Shown in pieces: positions 9,916-19,461 of a stretch of 64,000 bases of DNA. A program made the translations under genes and the position numbers. The stretch spans positions 38,089 through 102,088 of the forward strand of contig CAJXSK010000005.1 in assembly GCA_913061075.1 (NCBI GenBank), written 5' to 3'. The notes under the pieces were generated by a model. That model had not been told where the DNA came from and did no database searches. It worked only from the letters and a program-made list of their open reading frames with translations. The DNA comes from an uncultured Piscirickettsiaceae bacterium (lineage in GTDB: Bacteria > Pseudomonadota > Gammaproteobacteria > Methylococcales > Cycloclasticaceae). How positions within the stretch are numbered: the first letter of the stretch is position 1; each line of letters begins with the position of its first letter.

Positions 9916-10665
9916 TTGTGTATGTTGAGTTATATCCCCCTCTCGGTGCAGGCCGCCAAGAACACCGTTCAATCGCCAGCCATTATCAGTATTATTATTG
10001 ATGATATTGGCTATCGCCTAAAAGAAGGCAGAGCGATGATAAAGCTATCGCCTGAATTGACCTACGCGATTCTCCCTAATGCGCCCCATACTAAACAATT
10101 AGCAAGGCTTGCTCATCAACACGGCAAAGAAGTGATGTTGCATTTGCCTATGCAAGCAACGTCTAATGACAAGCCGGAACAAGGCGCTCTTAGTGTAGAG
10201 ATGGGCGAGAAAGCCGTGGTGGAGGCGATGCAAAAAGCATTTGCAAACGTGCCACAAGCAGTGGGTATGAATAACCACCAAGGCAGTGTGTTAACACGCC
10301 ATCCAGGGCATATGGCGTGGGTGATGACAGAAATGAAAAAAAATGGCCGGTACTTTGTCGATAGCCGTACTTCAAAGCAATCCGTCGCAGATATGATTGC
10401 AATAGAAAATGGCGTGCCTTCTTTAACCAGAGACGTTTTTCTAGATCATGATATTAACAATGCCAGTATTGAAGCGCAATTTAACCGCTTAATAAAACTG
10501 GCCAAGAGTAAAGGCCATGCCATTGGTATTGGTCATCCGCATCCTGAGACATTGAAGGTATTGCGCGATATGTTGCCGAAACTTGAGGGGTTAAATGTTC
10601 GGTTGGTGCCGGTTTCAAGGCAGCTAATAAATGGAAAACTTATTCTTACAAAGCTTAGGAAATAA
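9916..10665 (+). CDS. yibQ: Divergent polysaccharide deacetylase family protein YibQ
   Basis: IIDDIGYR, YAILP and LHLPM motifs fit the YibQ family, and the gene sits in the envC-ctpA-yibQ position. The true start may lie upstream (see finding at 9853-9925). Confidence 0.8.
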   Translation: MCMLSYIPLSVQAAKNTVQSPAIISIIIDDIGYRLKEGRAMIKLSPELTYAILPNAPHTKQLARLAHQHGKEVMLHLPMQATSNDKPEQGALSVEMGEKAVVEAMQKAFANVPQAVGMNNHQGSVLTRHPGHMAWVMTEMKKNGRYFVDSRTSKQSVADMIAIENGVPSLTRDVFLDHDINNASIEAQFNRLIKLAKSKGHAIGIGHPHPETLKVLRDMLPKLEGLNVRLVPVSRQLINGKLILTKLRK

Positions 10666-10736
10666 CAATGGGTTTAGGTGCAAGTGATGAATCTAAAGGC
10701 AGCGAGGTTGATTTTATGAATCATACTTTTCCAGAC

Positions 10737-11180
10737 TCAATCAATCTGATAACGGACGCTATAGTCGTTTAATTTATTGATCGCTAATTGTGCCGACTCA
10801 TCGTTTTCAAGTTTAAGCGTATCAAACCCTACACGGGTTAAGTAGAGCGCTTGGTCGGGCAGCACATCCCCAACGGCTCTAATTTCACCAGTAAAGTTGT
10901 ATTGATTGCGAATTAGCCTACATAGCGAGTACGCTCTGCCGTCAACAAAGTCGGGTATGTTAATGGCGATGATGGCGAAGCAGCTAAGGTCATCTTTAAA
11001 ACTATGTATATCGGCATCACCATCAACCAATAGGCCTAGGGCTTGTTGGCATGTTTTAAGTGAATCTCGGTTTTCTAGCCAATAGCTTAAGTTGACGATG
11101 CTGTTATCAACCAATGACTCATTGTCTTGGTGGGCGTGCCACGCATCATCAATAATGCTTTTGTCTTTAATGATTGTCAT
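10737..11180 (-). CDS. DUF934-family protein associated with sulfite reductase
   Basis: A small acidic protein immediately downstream of cysI and overlapping it by 14 nt, which is the usual DUF934 position. The start is set at MTIIKDK because the N-terminal extension in the ORF track lies inside cysI. Confidence 0.65.
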   Translation of the reverse strand: MTIIKDKSIIDDAWHAHQDNESLVDNSIVNLSYWLENRDSLKTCQQALGLLVDGDADIHSFKDDLSCFAIIAINIPDFVDGRAYSLCRLIRNQYNFTGEIRAVGDVLPDQALYLTRVGFDTLKLENDESAQLAINKLNDYSVRYQID

Positions 11181-12813
11181 AAACCTTATCCTTAAACGGC
11201 TGTATGCCAATGCGTTGGTAGGTGTTGGCAAATGTTTCGTTGGTGGTGCGTTGTTCTTTGTAGACGTGAACAATGTCATCGATGGCATCCACGACGTCGG
11301 CTTTTGCAATGGCTTTTCCAAGCCGGTCGCCTAGTCTGCTGTCATGACTGTCTGCACCGCCGAGCGTGAGTTGATACCACTGCTCGCCTTTTTTATCGAC
11401 ACCCAAAATACCAATTTCGCCAATGCTGTGATGCCCGCAACCGTTCATGCAGCCGGACATTTTCAGACTGATGTTGCCGGTGTCGATGGCGCTGTCGGTA
11501 AAGCGGTCAGTAATGCCTTGGGCAATATCAATAGAGCTGGCGTTGGCTAGGCTGCAAAAATCTAGACCTGGGCAGCAAATCATATCGGTAATAGTGCCGA
11601 TATTGGCTGTGGCGAGTTGAGCTTTGCTGAGCTGTTGCCAAAGGGGAAACAAGTCGCTTTCTAATACATCAGTTAGCGCAAGGTTTTGGTCGTGTGTGGT
11701 TCTTATTTGCGCAAAGCTAAATTGATCTGCAAGGTCTGCGACGATGTTCATTTGTTCGGTTGTTATGTCGCCCGGTGCTTGGGTGGGTGATTTTAGAGAA
11801 AGAAAGACAACGCGATAGCCGACTTGTTTGTGTTCGATGGTGTTTTGTTTAAGCCACTGTCTAAAAGGGCCGCTGTTATGTTCAGGGCTGCTGACTGCAT
11901 TTGTGCTTGCGGGTGCTTGGTAAGCAAAGGGGGTGAATTGTGCTTTAACCCGCTGAATCGCTTCTGGACTCAACTTTAATGGGCCGTTCTTTATGGTTTC
12001 CCATTCAGCGTCTACTTGCGCTTTAAATTTGTCGAGCCCGGTTTCTTTAACGAGTATTTTTATACGGGCTTTATATTTGTTGTCCCTACGGCCAAACAGG
12101 TTGTAAGTTCTTAAGATGGCTTCTGAATAGGACAAAATATCTTCTTCGGCAACGAAAGGCGCAATGACTTGGCCAATCACAGGTGTTCTACCCAGGCCAC
12201 CTCCAACTAATACTTCAAAGCCAATACGTCCCTCAGCATCTTTTTTCACATGCAGGCCAATGTCATGCACTTGTGTGGCTGCACGGTCTTTCGGTGAACC
12301 ACTGACGGCAAATTTAAACTTCCTAGGTAAATAAGAAAACTCGGGGTGTAATGTGGCCCACTGGCGAATAATTTCGCAATAAGGCCGCGGGTCTTCTATT
12401 TCATCGGCACTAACGCCGGCTAGCGGGTCGCAGGTGATATTTCTAATGCAGTTACCACTGCTTTGAATAGCATGCATTTGAACGCTGGCTAAATCGGCAA
12501 GAATATCGGGTACTTGTTCAAGTTTTGGCCAGTTGTATTGAATATTTTGCCGGGTGGTGAAGTGACCGTAATCTTTATCGTACTTGTTGGCAATATGCCC
12601 CATCATGCGCAGCTGTTTACTCGACAGCAAACCATACGGTATATTGACGCGTAACATAGGGGCATGTGTTTGAATGTATAGGCCATTCATTAAACGTAGC
12701 GGGCGAAATTGTTCTTCGGTTAATTCACCGTTTATAAAACGCTGGGTTTGATCACGAAACTCTTCAACACGCTCGTTTATCAGCGTTTGATCAATATCAT
12801 TATATTGGTACAT
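11167..12813 (-). CDS. cysI: Assimilatory sulfite reductase hemoprotein (nitrite/sulfite reductase 4Fe-4S/siroheme family)
   Basis: NIR_SIR repeats and the Cys cluster MICCPGLDFCSLA ... MSGCMNGCGHH. The start is taken at MYQYNDIDQ (cat at 12811-12813). Confidence 0.88.
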   Translation of the reverse strand: MYQYNDIDQTLINERVEEFRDQTQRFINGELTEEQFRPLRLMNGLYIQTHAPMLRVNIPYGLLSSKQLRMMGHIANKYDKDYGHFTTRQNIQYNWPKLEQVPDILADLASVQMHAIQSSGNCIRNITCDPLAGVSADEIEDPRPYCEIIRQWATLHPEFSYLPRKFKFAVSGSPKDRAATQVHDIGLHVKKDAEGRIGFEVLVGGGLGRTPVIGQVIAPFVAEEDILSYSEAILRTYNLFGRRDNKYKARIKILVKETGLDKFKAQVDAEWETIKNGPLKLSPEAIQRVKAQFTPFAYQAPASTNAVSSPEHNSGPFRQWLKQNTIEHKQVGYRVVFLSLKSPTQAPGDITTEQMNIVADLADQFSFAQIRTTHDQNLALTDVLESDLFPLWQQLSKAQLATANIGTITDMICCPGLDFCSLANASSIDIAQGITDRFTDSAIDTGNISLKMSGCMNGCGHHSIGEIGILGVDKKGEQWYQLTLGGADSHDSRLGDRLGKAIAKADVVDAIDDIVHVYKEQRTTNETFANTYQRIGIQPFKDKVYDNH

Positions 12814-12931
12814 GGTATTATATTTAAGCGTTGTGCTTATTTTAATGGTGTTGCAGGACAGCAAATATAAGCGCCTTTCCTTATAATTAAAAATAATATT
12901 AACCGCTATTTATATAACTAATTAGAATAAT

Positions 12932-14071
12932 TTGTTAAAAGATTCCTTAAATTCCGTTGGTGTTGTTTCGCCCCAGAGTATGCACTTTGATGAGCCGTTA
13001 TCGCTTGAGTGTGGCAAAACGATTGAACAATACGACATTGTTTATGAAGCCTACGGAACACTAAACGCTGCGGGCGATAATGCGGTATTGGTGTGTCATG
13101 CCTTATCTGCGGATCACCATGCGGCGGGGTATCACAGCGAAACAGATAAAAAGCCCGGTTGGTGGGATATTTGTATTGGCCCGGGTAAAGCGATAGATAC
13201 GAATCGTTTTTATGTGGTATCGCCCAGTAACTTAGGCCACTGTAGTGGTTCAACAGGCCCCCGCAGTATTGACCCGAAAACGGGCAAGGCCTACGGTCCT
13301 GAATTTCCAATGGTGACAGTTAAAGACTGGGTTAGGTATCAAAAACGCTTGGCCGACCTGTTGGGAGTTAAACAATGGGCTGCCGTTGCGGGCGGTAGTT
13401 TGGGTGGAATGCAGGCGCTACAGTGGTCGATAGATTTCCCTGATTTCGTCAAGCACGCGATTGTTATTGCGTCGGCACCTAAATTATCAGCACAAAACAT
13501 TGCGTTTAATGCAGTCGCTCGCCAAGCGATTATGTCTGACCCTGATTTCCATGAGGGGCGTTACTATGATTTTGATGTGGTTCCCGCCGGCGGGTTAAAA
13601 GTAGCAAGAATGTTAGGGCATATCACCTACCTGTCGGATGATGCGATGGGTGATAAGTTTGGTCGGGCATTAAAGGGCGACAAGTTAAATTATGATTATG
13701 GCGTTGAGTTTGAAGTGGAAAGTTACTTGCGTTATCAGGGTGAGTCTTTTGTAAATCGTTTTGATGCCAATACGTATTTATTAATGACCAAGGCATTGGA
13801 TTATTTCGATCCGGCACTGGAAAAAGATGGCGATTTATCGGCTGTTTTAAAAGACATTCCAACAAAATTCTTTTTGGCGTCATTTACAACTGACTGGCGC
13901 TTTTCGCCAGAACGATCTAAAGAAATTGTTAAAGCTTTAACGGATGCAGGCCGTGATGTGAGTTATCTAGAATTTGAATCTAACCATGGCCATGATGCAT
14001 TCCTGGTTCCCATGAACCATTATTTAGATGCGTTTAAAAGTTACATGAGTAACATTGAGGTCTCGGCATGA
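12932..14071 (+). CDS. metX: Homoserine O-acyltransferase MetX (acetyl or succinyl specificity not assignable from sequence)
   Basis: Alpha/beta-hydrolase with nucleophile motif [12 protein letters not shown] and conserved N-terminus [12 protein letters not shown]. It is followed by metW. The start codon is TTG. Confidence 0.9.
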   Translation: MLKDSLNSVGVVSPQSMHFDEPLSLECGKTIEQYDIVYEAYGTLNAAGDNAVLVCHALSADHHAAGYHSETDKKPGWWDICIGPGKAIDTNRFYVVSPSNLGHCSGSTGPRSIDPKTGKAYGPEFPMVTVKDWVRYQKRLADLLGVKQWAAVAGGSLGGMQALQWSIDFPDFVKHAIVIASAPKLSAQNIAFNAVARQAIMSDPDFHEGRYYDFDVVPAGGLKVARMLGHITYLSDDAMGDKFGRALKGDKLNYDYGVEFEVESYLRYQGESFVNRFDANTYLLMTKALDYFDPALEKDGDLSAVLKDIPTKFFLASFTTDWRFSPERSKEIVKALTDAGRDVSYLEFESNHGHDAFLVPMNHYLDAFKSYMSNIEVSA

Positions 14072-14682
14072 CGTCGTTAAGACCTGAGTTACAAAAAATA
14101 TGTGAATGGATTGAGCCGGGGTCGCGCGTATTGGATTTGGGCTGTGGCGATGGCGCGCTTTTAGAATGGTTGCAAGCCAATCGACATATTACCGGTTATG
14201 GCTTGGAGATTGATCCTGAGAATGTGCAGGCCTGCCTAACAAAAAAAGTAAATATTATCCAAGCGGATATTGATGTTGGCCTGAGTGATTTTGACAATGG
14301 CTCTTTCGACTATGTGATTATGACGCAAGCCTTACAAGCTCTGCAGCACCCGAATAAAACCTTGTCAGAAATGGTTAGGGTGGGCTGTAAAAGTATTATT
14401 ACGTTTCCTAATTTTGGTTTGTGGAAGCACCGTTTGTATCTGGCGACAAAGGGGCGGATGCCGGTTTCTAAAAACTTGCCTGCACAATGGTACGATACTC
14501 AAAACATCCACTTATGTACGGTGAGTGATTTTGAAACATTTTGTAAAGATGAAGCGTTGTCTATATCAAAGCGAGATTTCGTTGACTATACACACCGGTC
14601 AGATAGTTTAATGAGACTATGGCCTAATTTACTGGGCGAAGTGGCCTTGTATGAAATTAACGGACAAATAAATGCTAAATAA
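14068..14682 (+). CDS. metW: Methionine biosynthesis protein MetW
   Basis: SAM-methyltransferase-like fold motif [12 protein letters not shown]. Its ATG overlaps the metX stop, the classic metXW pair. Confidence 0.88.
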   Translation: MTSLRPELQKICEWIEPGSRVLDLGCGDGALLEWLQANRHITGYGLEIDPENVQACLTKKVNIIQADIDVGLSDFDNGSFDYVIMTQALQALQHPNKTLSEMVRVGCKSIITFPNFGLWKHRLYLATKGRMPVSKNLPAQWYDTQNIHLCTVSDFETFCKDEALSISKRDFVDYTHRSDSLMRLWPNLLGEVALYEINGQINAK

Positions 14683-15109
14683 AAAGTACCTATTTTTACT
14701 GTTGTTGCTGCCTTTTTTCGCGCAGGCAAATAACGGCTACAATTTTGATAAATACGTGGTGTACCACAATGCGTTTACAGCGGATACGTTGCCAGCAAGC
14801 ATGGCGTCGGCCTATGGTATTTTACGTAGCAAATATAAGGGTGTATTGAACCTGTCTATTCAACAAAAAGCCGGTGAAGGCAAGTTTAATAAACCGGTGA
14901 ATGCGCGTGTAATGGTGAACGCCGTGAATTTAACAGGGCAAATGAAAGAGCTCGAATCACGACGAGTAACTGAAGGTGAGGCTATTTATTATATAAGCGA
15001 GTTTAGAGTCTCAAATGAAGAGATAGTTACTTTTAATATAGAGGTATTACCTGAAGGTGAAAAAACGCCGTTGGAATTTAAATTTAAACGACAGTTTTAT
15101 ACAGATTAG
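14672..15109 (+). CDS. DUF4426-like periplasmic protein
   Basis: Signal peptide followed by a roughly 125-aa beta-rich domain. It lies downstream of metW, where Pseudomonas-type genomes carry a DUF4426 gene (recollection). Confidence 0.55.
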   Translation: MLNKKYLFLLLLLPFFAQANNGYNFDKYVVYHNAFTADTLPASMASAYGILRSKYKGVLNLSIQQKAGEGKFNKPVNARVMVNAVNLTGQMKELESRRVTEGEAIYYISEFRVSNEEIVTFNIEVLPEGEKTPLEFKFKRQFYTD

Positions 15110-15115
15110 TTTTAA

Positions 15116-16666
15116 CTAGGGTTTTATCGATACGCTAGAAAGCTTAAACCGCTTACTGGCTAACGCGATTAATAGTAAAACCGGTATGCCCATTAGCGCA
15201 GTAATCAAGAAAAATTGGTCATAGCCTAATGCATCAACCATCGAGCCGGAATATCCTCCAAACACTTTAGGCAATAGCGTCATCAATGAGCTAAAGATGG
15301 CGTATTGGACGGCGGTGAACGACATATTGGTGAGGCTTGAGAGGAATGCGATAAAAGCAGCGCTTGCCAAACCGGCGGACAGATTGTCAGCAGAAATAAC
15401 CATATATAACATCGGCATGCTGTGGCCTGTTTGTGCGAGCAGCATGAATAACAGGTTGGTTAAGGCGGATAATAGCGCGCCTATAAATAGGATGCGCATC
15501 ACCCCAAAACGTAATACCAGTAAGCCGCCAAGAAAACCGCCAACAAGGGTCATCACCAGGCCAAATGTTTTCACGACGCCGGCAATTTCCGGCTTCGTGT
15601 ACCCGAGATCTTGATAGAAAATATTTGAAATAACGCCCAAGACGATATCTGAAATTCGGTATAGACAAATCAAGGCTAACAATAACCACGCGAGAGATAA
15701 GCCATACCGTTGAAAGAAATCTTGAATTGGCTCTATATAACTTTTGTAAACGATGGCCTTTGAAACAAGGTTGCTGATGACAAGTGCTTTTGCAAAAAGC
15801 CCTGCGATGAAGAGGGCAAACGCAAGCCGAAGAAGCTCAACAACAAAGCTCGCTAAGTATTTATTTGAGACAAATATTGCCAACGCATTCGTTGCATTGG
15901 TTGTAACGGCTGAGCTGAGATAATAAGTGCCAACGAATCCAGTTACAATCAGAGTGAACAATACTAAAAGTTGTGCATGTTCTCGATTGTTGGAGGTAAG
16001 GGTACAGTCGGGGTGTTTGTGGGGCTCGTTGATGATTAGTGTTGTGATGACGCCAATCAACATGATGACGGCCATTGATAAATAAGTAGATTGCCAAGCA
16101 ACGTAGCTGTATTCACCCATTGATGAGCCAAAATAATCCGCCAATAGTAAAGCGCCTGCCCCGGAAATTATCATGCCGATGCGATAGCCTGCGATGTAGC
16201 TAGAAGCCATTAATGCTTGAAGATCCATATCTGCAGACTCAATGCGAAAAGCATCAATCACGATGTCTTGAGTGGCAGACGCAAAGCCCAGCAATATGGC
16301 TGCACAGGCCATTAGGGCTAAGCTGTCTTCGGCGGGGTTTAGTGAAGCCATCATTAAAATGGCAACAATAATCATAGCTTGCGACAGTAAAATCCAGCCA
16401 CGTCGGTGCCCTAACCAGCCAGTAATAAAAGGTATGGGTAACTTATCGACCAAGGGCGCCCAAACGAATTTGAATGAGTAACCTAGGGCGGCCCAGCTAA
16501 AGTAAGTGACTGTGGCGCGATCAATGCCGGCTTCTCTTAGCCAGAGGCCTAAGGAAGAAAAAATCAACAATAAAGGAATGCCTGCGGAAATTCCAAGAAA
16601 AAGCATGGCAACCACTTGAGGTTGCGAAAAAGCACGAAACGTCGTTAGCCAGCTTTGTTGATACAT
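15116..16666 (-). CDS. ampG: AmpG-family muropeptide permease (MFS)
   Basis: 516 aa polytopic MFS protein. The N-terminal segment LGISAGIPLLLIFSSLGLWLREAGI...FSWAALGYSFKFVWAPLVD is typical of AmpG. Confidence 0.8.
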   Translation of the reverse strand: MYQQSWLTTFRAFSQPQVVAMLFLGISAGIPLLLIFSSLGLWLREAGIDRATVTYFSWAALGYSFKFVWAPLVDKLPIPFITGWLGHRRGWILLSQAMIIVAILMMASLNPAEDSLALMACAAILLGFASATQDIVIDAFRIESADMDLQALMASSYIAGYRIGMIISGAGALLLADYFGSSMGEYSYVAWQSTYLSMAVIMLIGVITTLIINEPHKHPDCTLTSNNREHAQLLVLFTLIVTGFVGTYYLSSAVTTNATNALAIFVSNKYLASFVVELLRLAFALFIAGLFAKALVISNLVSKAIVYKSYIEPIQDFFQRYGLSLAWLLLALICLYRISDIVLGVISNIFYQDLGYTKPEIAGVVKTFGLVMTLVGGFLGGLLVLRFGVMRILFIGALLSALTNLLFMLLAQTGHSMPMLYMVISADNLSAGLASAAFIAFLSSLTNMSFTAVQYAIFSSLMTLLPKVFGGYSGSMVDALGYDQFFLITALMGIPVLLLIALASKRFKLSSVSIKP

Positions 16667-16680
16667 GAAATTCTGGTACG

Positions 16681-17448
16681 TTAAATGTCGTAATCAACGA
16701 TTAACGGCGCATGGTCTGAAAAGCGCTCATCTTTATAGATGCTTGCATCCGTTACCGTTTGTTTTAAGTTGCTGGAAATGACATGGTAATCAATACGCCA
16801 ACCGGTGTTATTTGCCCACGCTTGGCCACGGTTAGACCACCAAGTATATTGGTCGGCTTCTTCATTAACGAGGCGGAAAGCATCACCCCAGTCTTCATCA
16901 CCAAATAATTCATCTAACCAAGCGCGTTCTTCAGGTAAAAAGCCGGAGTTTTTTTGGTTGCCGCGCCAGTTTTTTATATCAATTTTTTTATGGGCAACAT
17001 TCCAATCACCGCAAATGATATGTTTTTTGCCATCGGCTTGTTTATCGCGTAACACAGGCATCAAACGGGCCATCAAATCATACTTAAATGCTTGGCGTTC
17101 TTCTTTTGATGAGCCAGATGGCATGTAAATAGAGGATACACATAAATCGCCAAACGTAGCTTCAATAAAACGGCCTTCGGAGTCAAAATCATCCCAGCCT
17201 ATTGCTTTAGTGACGTTGTCTGGTTTTTGCTTGGAAAATATTGCAACGCCGCTATAGCCTTTTTTTTCAGCTGGATGATAGAAACAGTGGTAGTTGCTAG
17301 GCCAAAAGGCATCGCTGATAAGTTGATCTTCTTGGGCTTTTATTTCTTGTAGGCAGAGAATGTCGGCATCTAAGCGCTGCATCCATTCAAAAAAGCCCTT
17401 CCGTTCGCCAGCGCGAATACCATTAACGTTTAGTGAAACAATTTTCAT
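16681..17448 (-). CDS. xthA: Exodeoxyribonuclease III
   Basis: EEP-fold motifs MKIVSLNVNGIR, DILCLQE, GDWNVAH and SDHAPL. Confidence 0.92.
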   Translation of the reverse strand: MKIVSLNVNGIRAGERKGFFEWMQRLDADILCLQEIKAQEDQLISDAFWPSNYHCFYHPAEKKGYSGVAIFSKQKPDNVTKAIGWDDFDSEGRFIEATFGDLCVSSIYMPSGSSKEERQAFKYDLMARLMPVLRDKQADGKKHIICGDWNVAHKKIDIKNWRGNQKNSGFLPEERAWLDELFGDEDWGDAFRLVNEEADQYTWWSNRGQAWANNTGWRIDYHVISSNLKQTVTDASIYKDERFSDHAPLIVDYDI

Positions 17449-17511
17449 AATAAAAAAACTAGCTTATAAATATATCGGTATCATACCGTAGAGCTTGTAT
17501 GATGAAAGCAC

Positions 17512-17540
17512 TTGATTAACGGCCGTAAATTTCGTATGAT
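17512..17540 (+). promoter_or_regulatory. Sigma70-type promoter for rpmE
   Basis: TTGATT (17512-17517), a 17-nt spacer, then TATGAT (17535-17540), followed by the GC-rich discriminator GCGCGACC about 50 nt upstream of the rpmE ATG. Confidence 0.55.
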
Positions 17541-17591
17541 GCGCGACCAAACTAAGGGCGGTGACGCTCAAGTATCAGATTAGAGAATATT

Positions 17592-17798
17592 ATGAAACTA
17601 GAAACACATCCGCAGTATAACGAAATTTCAGTTGCTTGCAGTTGCGGCAATACCTTTAAAACAAATTCAACGCTGAGCAAAGAAGAGCTTCATATTGAAG
17701 CGTGTTCTGCTTGTCACCCATTTTATACAGGTAAGCAAAGAATCGTTGATACAGCAGGTAGAGTTGATAAGTTTAATAAACGTTACCAGCGCGGATAA
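17592..17798 (+). CDS. rpmE: 50S ribosomal protein L31 (Zn-ribbon type A)
   Basis: 68 aa with HPQY, CSCGN ... [12 protein letters not shown] and [10 protein letters not shown]. Confidence 0.95.
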   Translation: MKLETHPQYNEISVACSCGNTFKTNSTLSKEELHIEACSACHPFYTGKQRIVDTAGRVDKFNKRYQRG

Positions 17799-17824
17799 GT
17801 TTAGAACTAACGTAATATTTTAAA

Positions 17825-17851
17825 AGTCACCTAAAGGGTGGCTTTTTTTTT
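17825..17851 (+). terminator. Rho-independent terminator after rpmE
   Basis: AGTCACC / GGTGGCT stem (one G-U pair) with a 5-nt loop, followed by a T9 run. Confidence 0.75.
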
Positions 17852-17900
17852 GCCCTAAGTAATAGAATGACAAGTGTATATAAAACAGAACGGTTGTTAA

Positions 17901-19376
17901 ATGACGAACAAAACAAACAGTTACACAGTTAAGGCCTTTGGGGTGTTGGTTTTATTAGCATTGCTTGGCGGCTGTGCTGCAAACCCGGCAACTGGAAAGC
18001 GTGATTACGTTCTAATGTCAGAAAGCGAAGAGTTAGCATTAGGTCGACAACACAGCAAAGAGGTGCTCAAGCAGTATCGAGTTTATGATGACCCAGCGCT
18101 TCAGCAATATGTTCAGTCTGTGGGTGATAAAGTGGCGAAGTTGAGTCATAGAAATAACTTATTTTATAGATTCACGTTGCTGGATAGTACGCAAGTCAAT
18201 GCTTTTGCCTTGCCTGGCGGCTATATCTACATTACGCGTGGTTTATTGGTGTATTTAAATAGTGAAGCGGAACTGGCCGCTGTTTTAGGGCATGAGTTAG
18301 GGCATGTCACAGCACGTCATTCGGTTAGACAGCACAGTATGTCAACAACAACTAATTTATTAGGCGCACTGATAGGTGCAGCATCTGGCGTGCAAGGCGT
18401 TGGGCAACTGACTAATATGATCGGTACGGGCATTGTTAGGGGTTATGGCCGAGAGCACGAATTAGAGGCAGATGGGCTTGGCGTTGAATATTTAGCGAGA
18501 GCAGGTTATGACCCGGCGGCTATGGAGAAAGTTATAACAACACTTAAAAACCAAGAGCTATTCGACAAAAAAGTAGCGCGAGAACAAGGTCGGGAACCGC
18601 GCGCGTATCATGGTGTTTTTTCAACGCACCCAGCTAACGATACACGTTTACAGCAAGTTTTAAGAAAGACATCGGTAAAATATAGGCCTACAAGTAGTAA
18701 CCAAGGTCAAGATGTTAGGTTTATGCAGAGGTTGGCAGGGTTAACCTTTGGCGATAGTGAAAAAGATGGAATCACAAAGGGAAATACGTTTTACCATGCC
18801 GATATAAATTTCAAATTTTCATTTCCAAAAGGTTGGCTGTTATCGAATCAGCCGTCAGCTATTCAAATTATGGCGCCTAAAAATGAAGCGTTTATTCAAG
18901 TGTCTATGCAGGATTTAAATAAGCGGTTAACGCCTCAACAATTCATGAAAACTAGAATGGGGATTGATAAAACAATTGCTGAACAGGCAATAAGATTGCC
19001 GGGCTATAAGGCGTATTCAATTGTAACTAAGGGCAAAACGCCATACGGGCAAAAGAAGGTGAGGGTGACCGTATTGGTTGAGGGGGTCCGAGCCTTCGTT
19101 ATATTGAGCTCCGCTAAGCACGATAATCAATTTGCGCGATATGACCGTGACTTTTTAAACAGCGCGAAAAGCTTTTCTAAATTAAGCCAACAAGATCGAA
19201 AAAAAGCAAAACAACTGTCTTTAGTGAATATTAAATCGAACTCAAGGACTAGGTTCTCCACCTTAGCGAAAAGCTCACCCATTGCTCATCATTCAGAAGA
19301 CCAAATAAGACTTTTGAACGGTGCGTTTCCAAATGGGAATATAAAAACAGGTGACCTCGTCAAGATAGTTCGTTAG
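17901..19376 (+). CDS. M48-family zinc metalloprotease lipoprotein with an uncharacterised C-terminal domain
   Basis: Lipobox LLGGCAA and Zn motif HELGHVTARH with the downstream E (REHELEAD). The C-terminal half, roughly 200 aa, has no motif I recognise. Confidence 0.8.
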   Translation: MTNKTNSYTVKAFGVLVLLALLGGCAANPATGKRDYVLMSESEELALGRQHSKEVLKQYRVYDDPALQQYVQSVGDKVAKLSHRNNLFYRFTLLDSTQVNAFALPGGYIYITRGLLVYLNSEAELAAVLGHELGHVTARHSVRQHSMSTTTNLLGALIGAASGVQGVGQLTNMIGTGIVRGYGREHELEADGLGVEYLARAGYDPAAMEKVITTLKNQELFDKKVAREQGREPRAYHGVFSTHPANDTRLQQVLRKTSVKYRPTSSNQGQDVRFMQRLAGLTFGDSEKDGITKGNTFYHADINFKFSFPKGWLLSNQPSAIQIMAPKNEAFIQVSMQDLNKRLTPQQFMKTRMGIDKTIAEQAIRLPGYKAYSIVTKGKTPYGQKKVRVTVLVEGVRAFVILSSAKHDNQFARYDRDFLNSAKSFSKLSQQDRKKAKQLSLVNIKSNSRTRFSTLAKSSPIAHHSEDQIRLLNGAFPNGNIKTGDLVKIVR

Positions 19377-19461
19377 AATTGAGTGTTCAACTGTTTCATT
19401 AAGTGGCAAGCTTTGATGTTTGTTAACTTAATGTTCGTTATAAAACTTTCAAGGAGTAAAT

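Noticed and set aside
12918-13310. A 130-aa minus-strand ORF overlapping the start of metX.
   Set aside because: It is antisense to the conserved MetX N-terminus and has a Pro/His/Tyr/Arg-rich product with no motif. It would leave no room for the cysI/metX divergent promoters.
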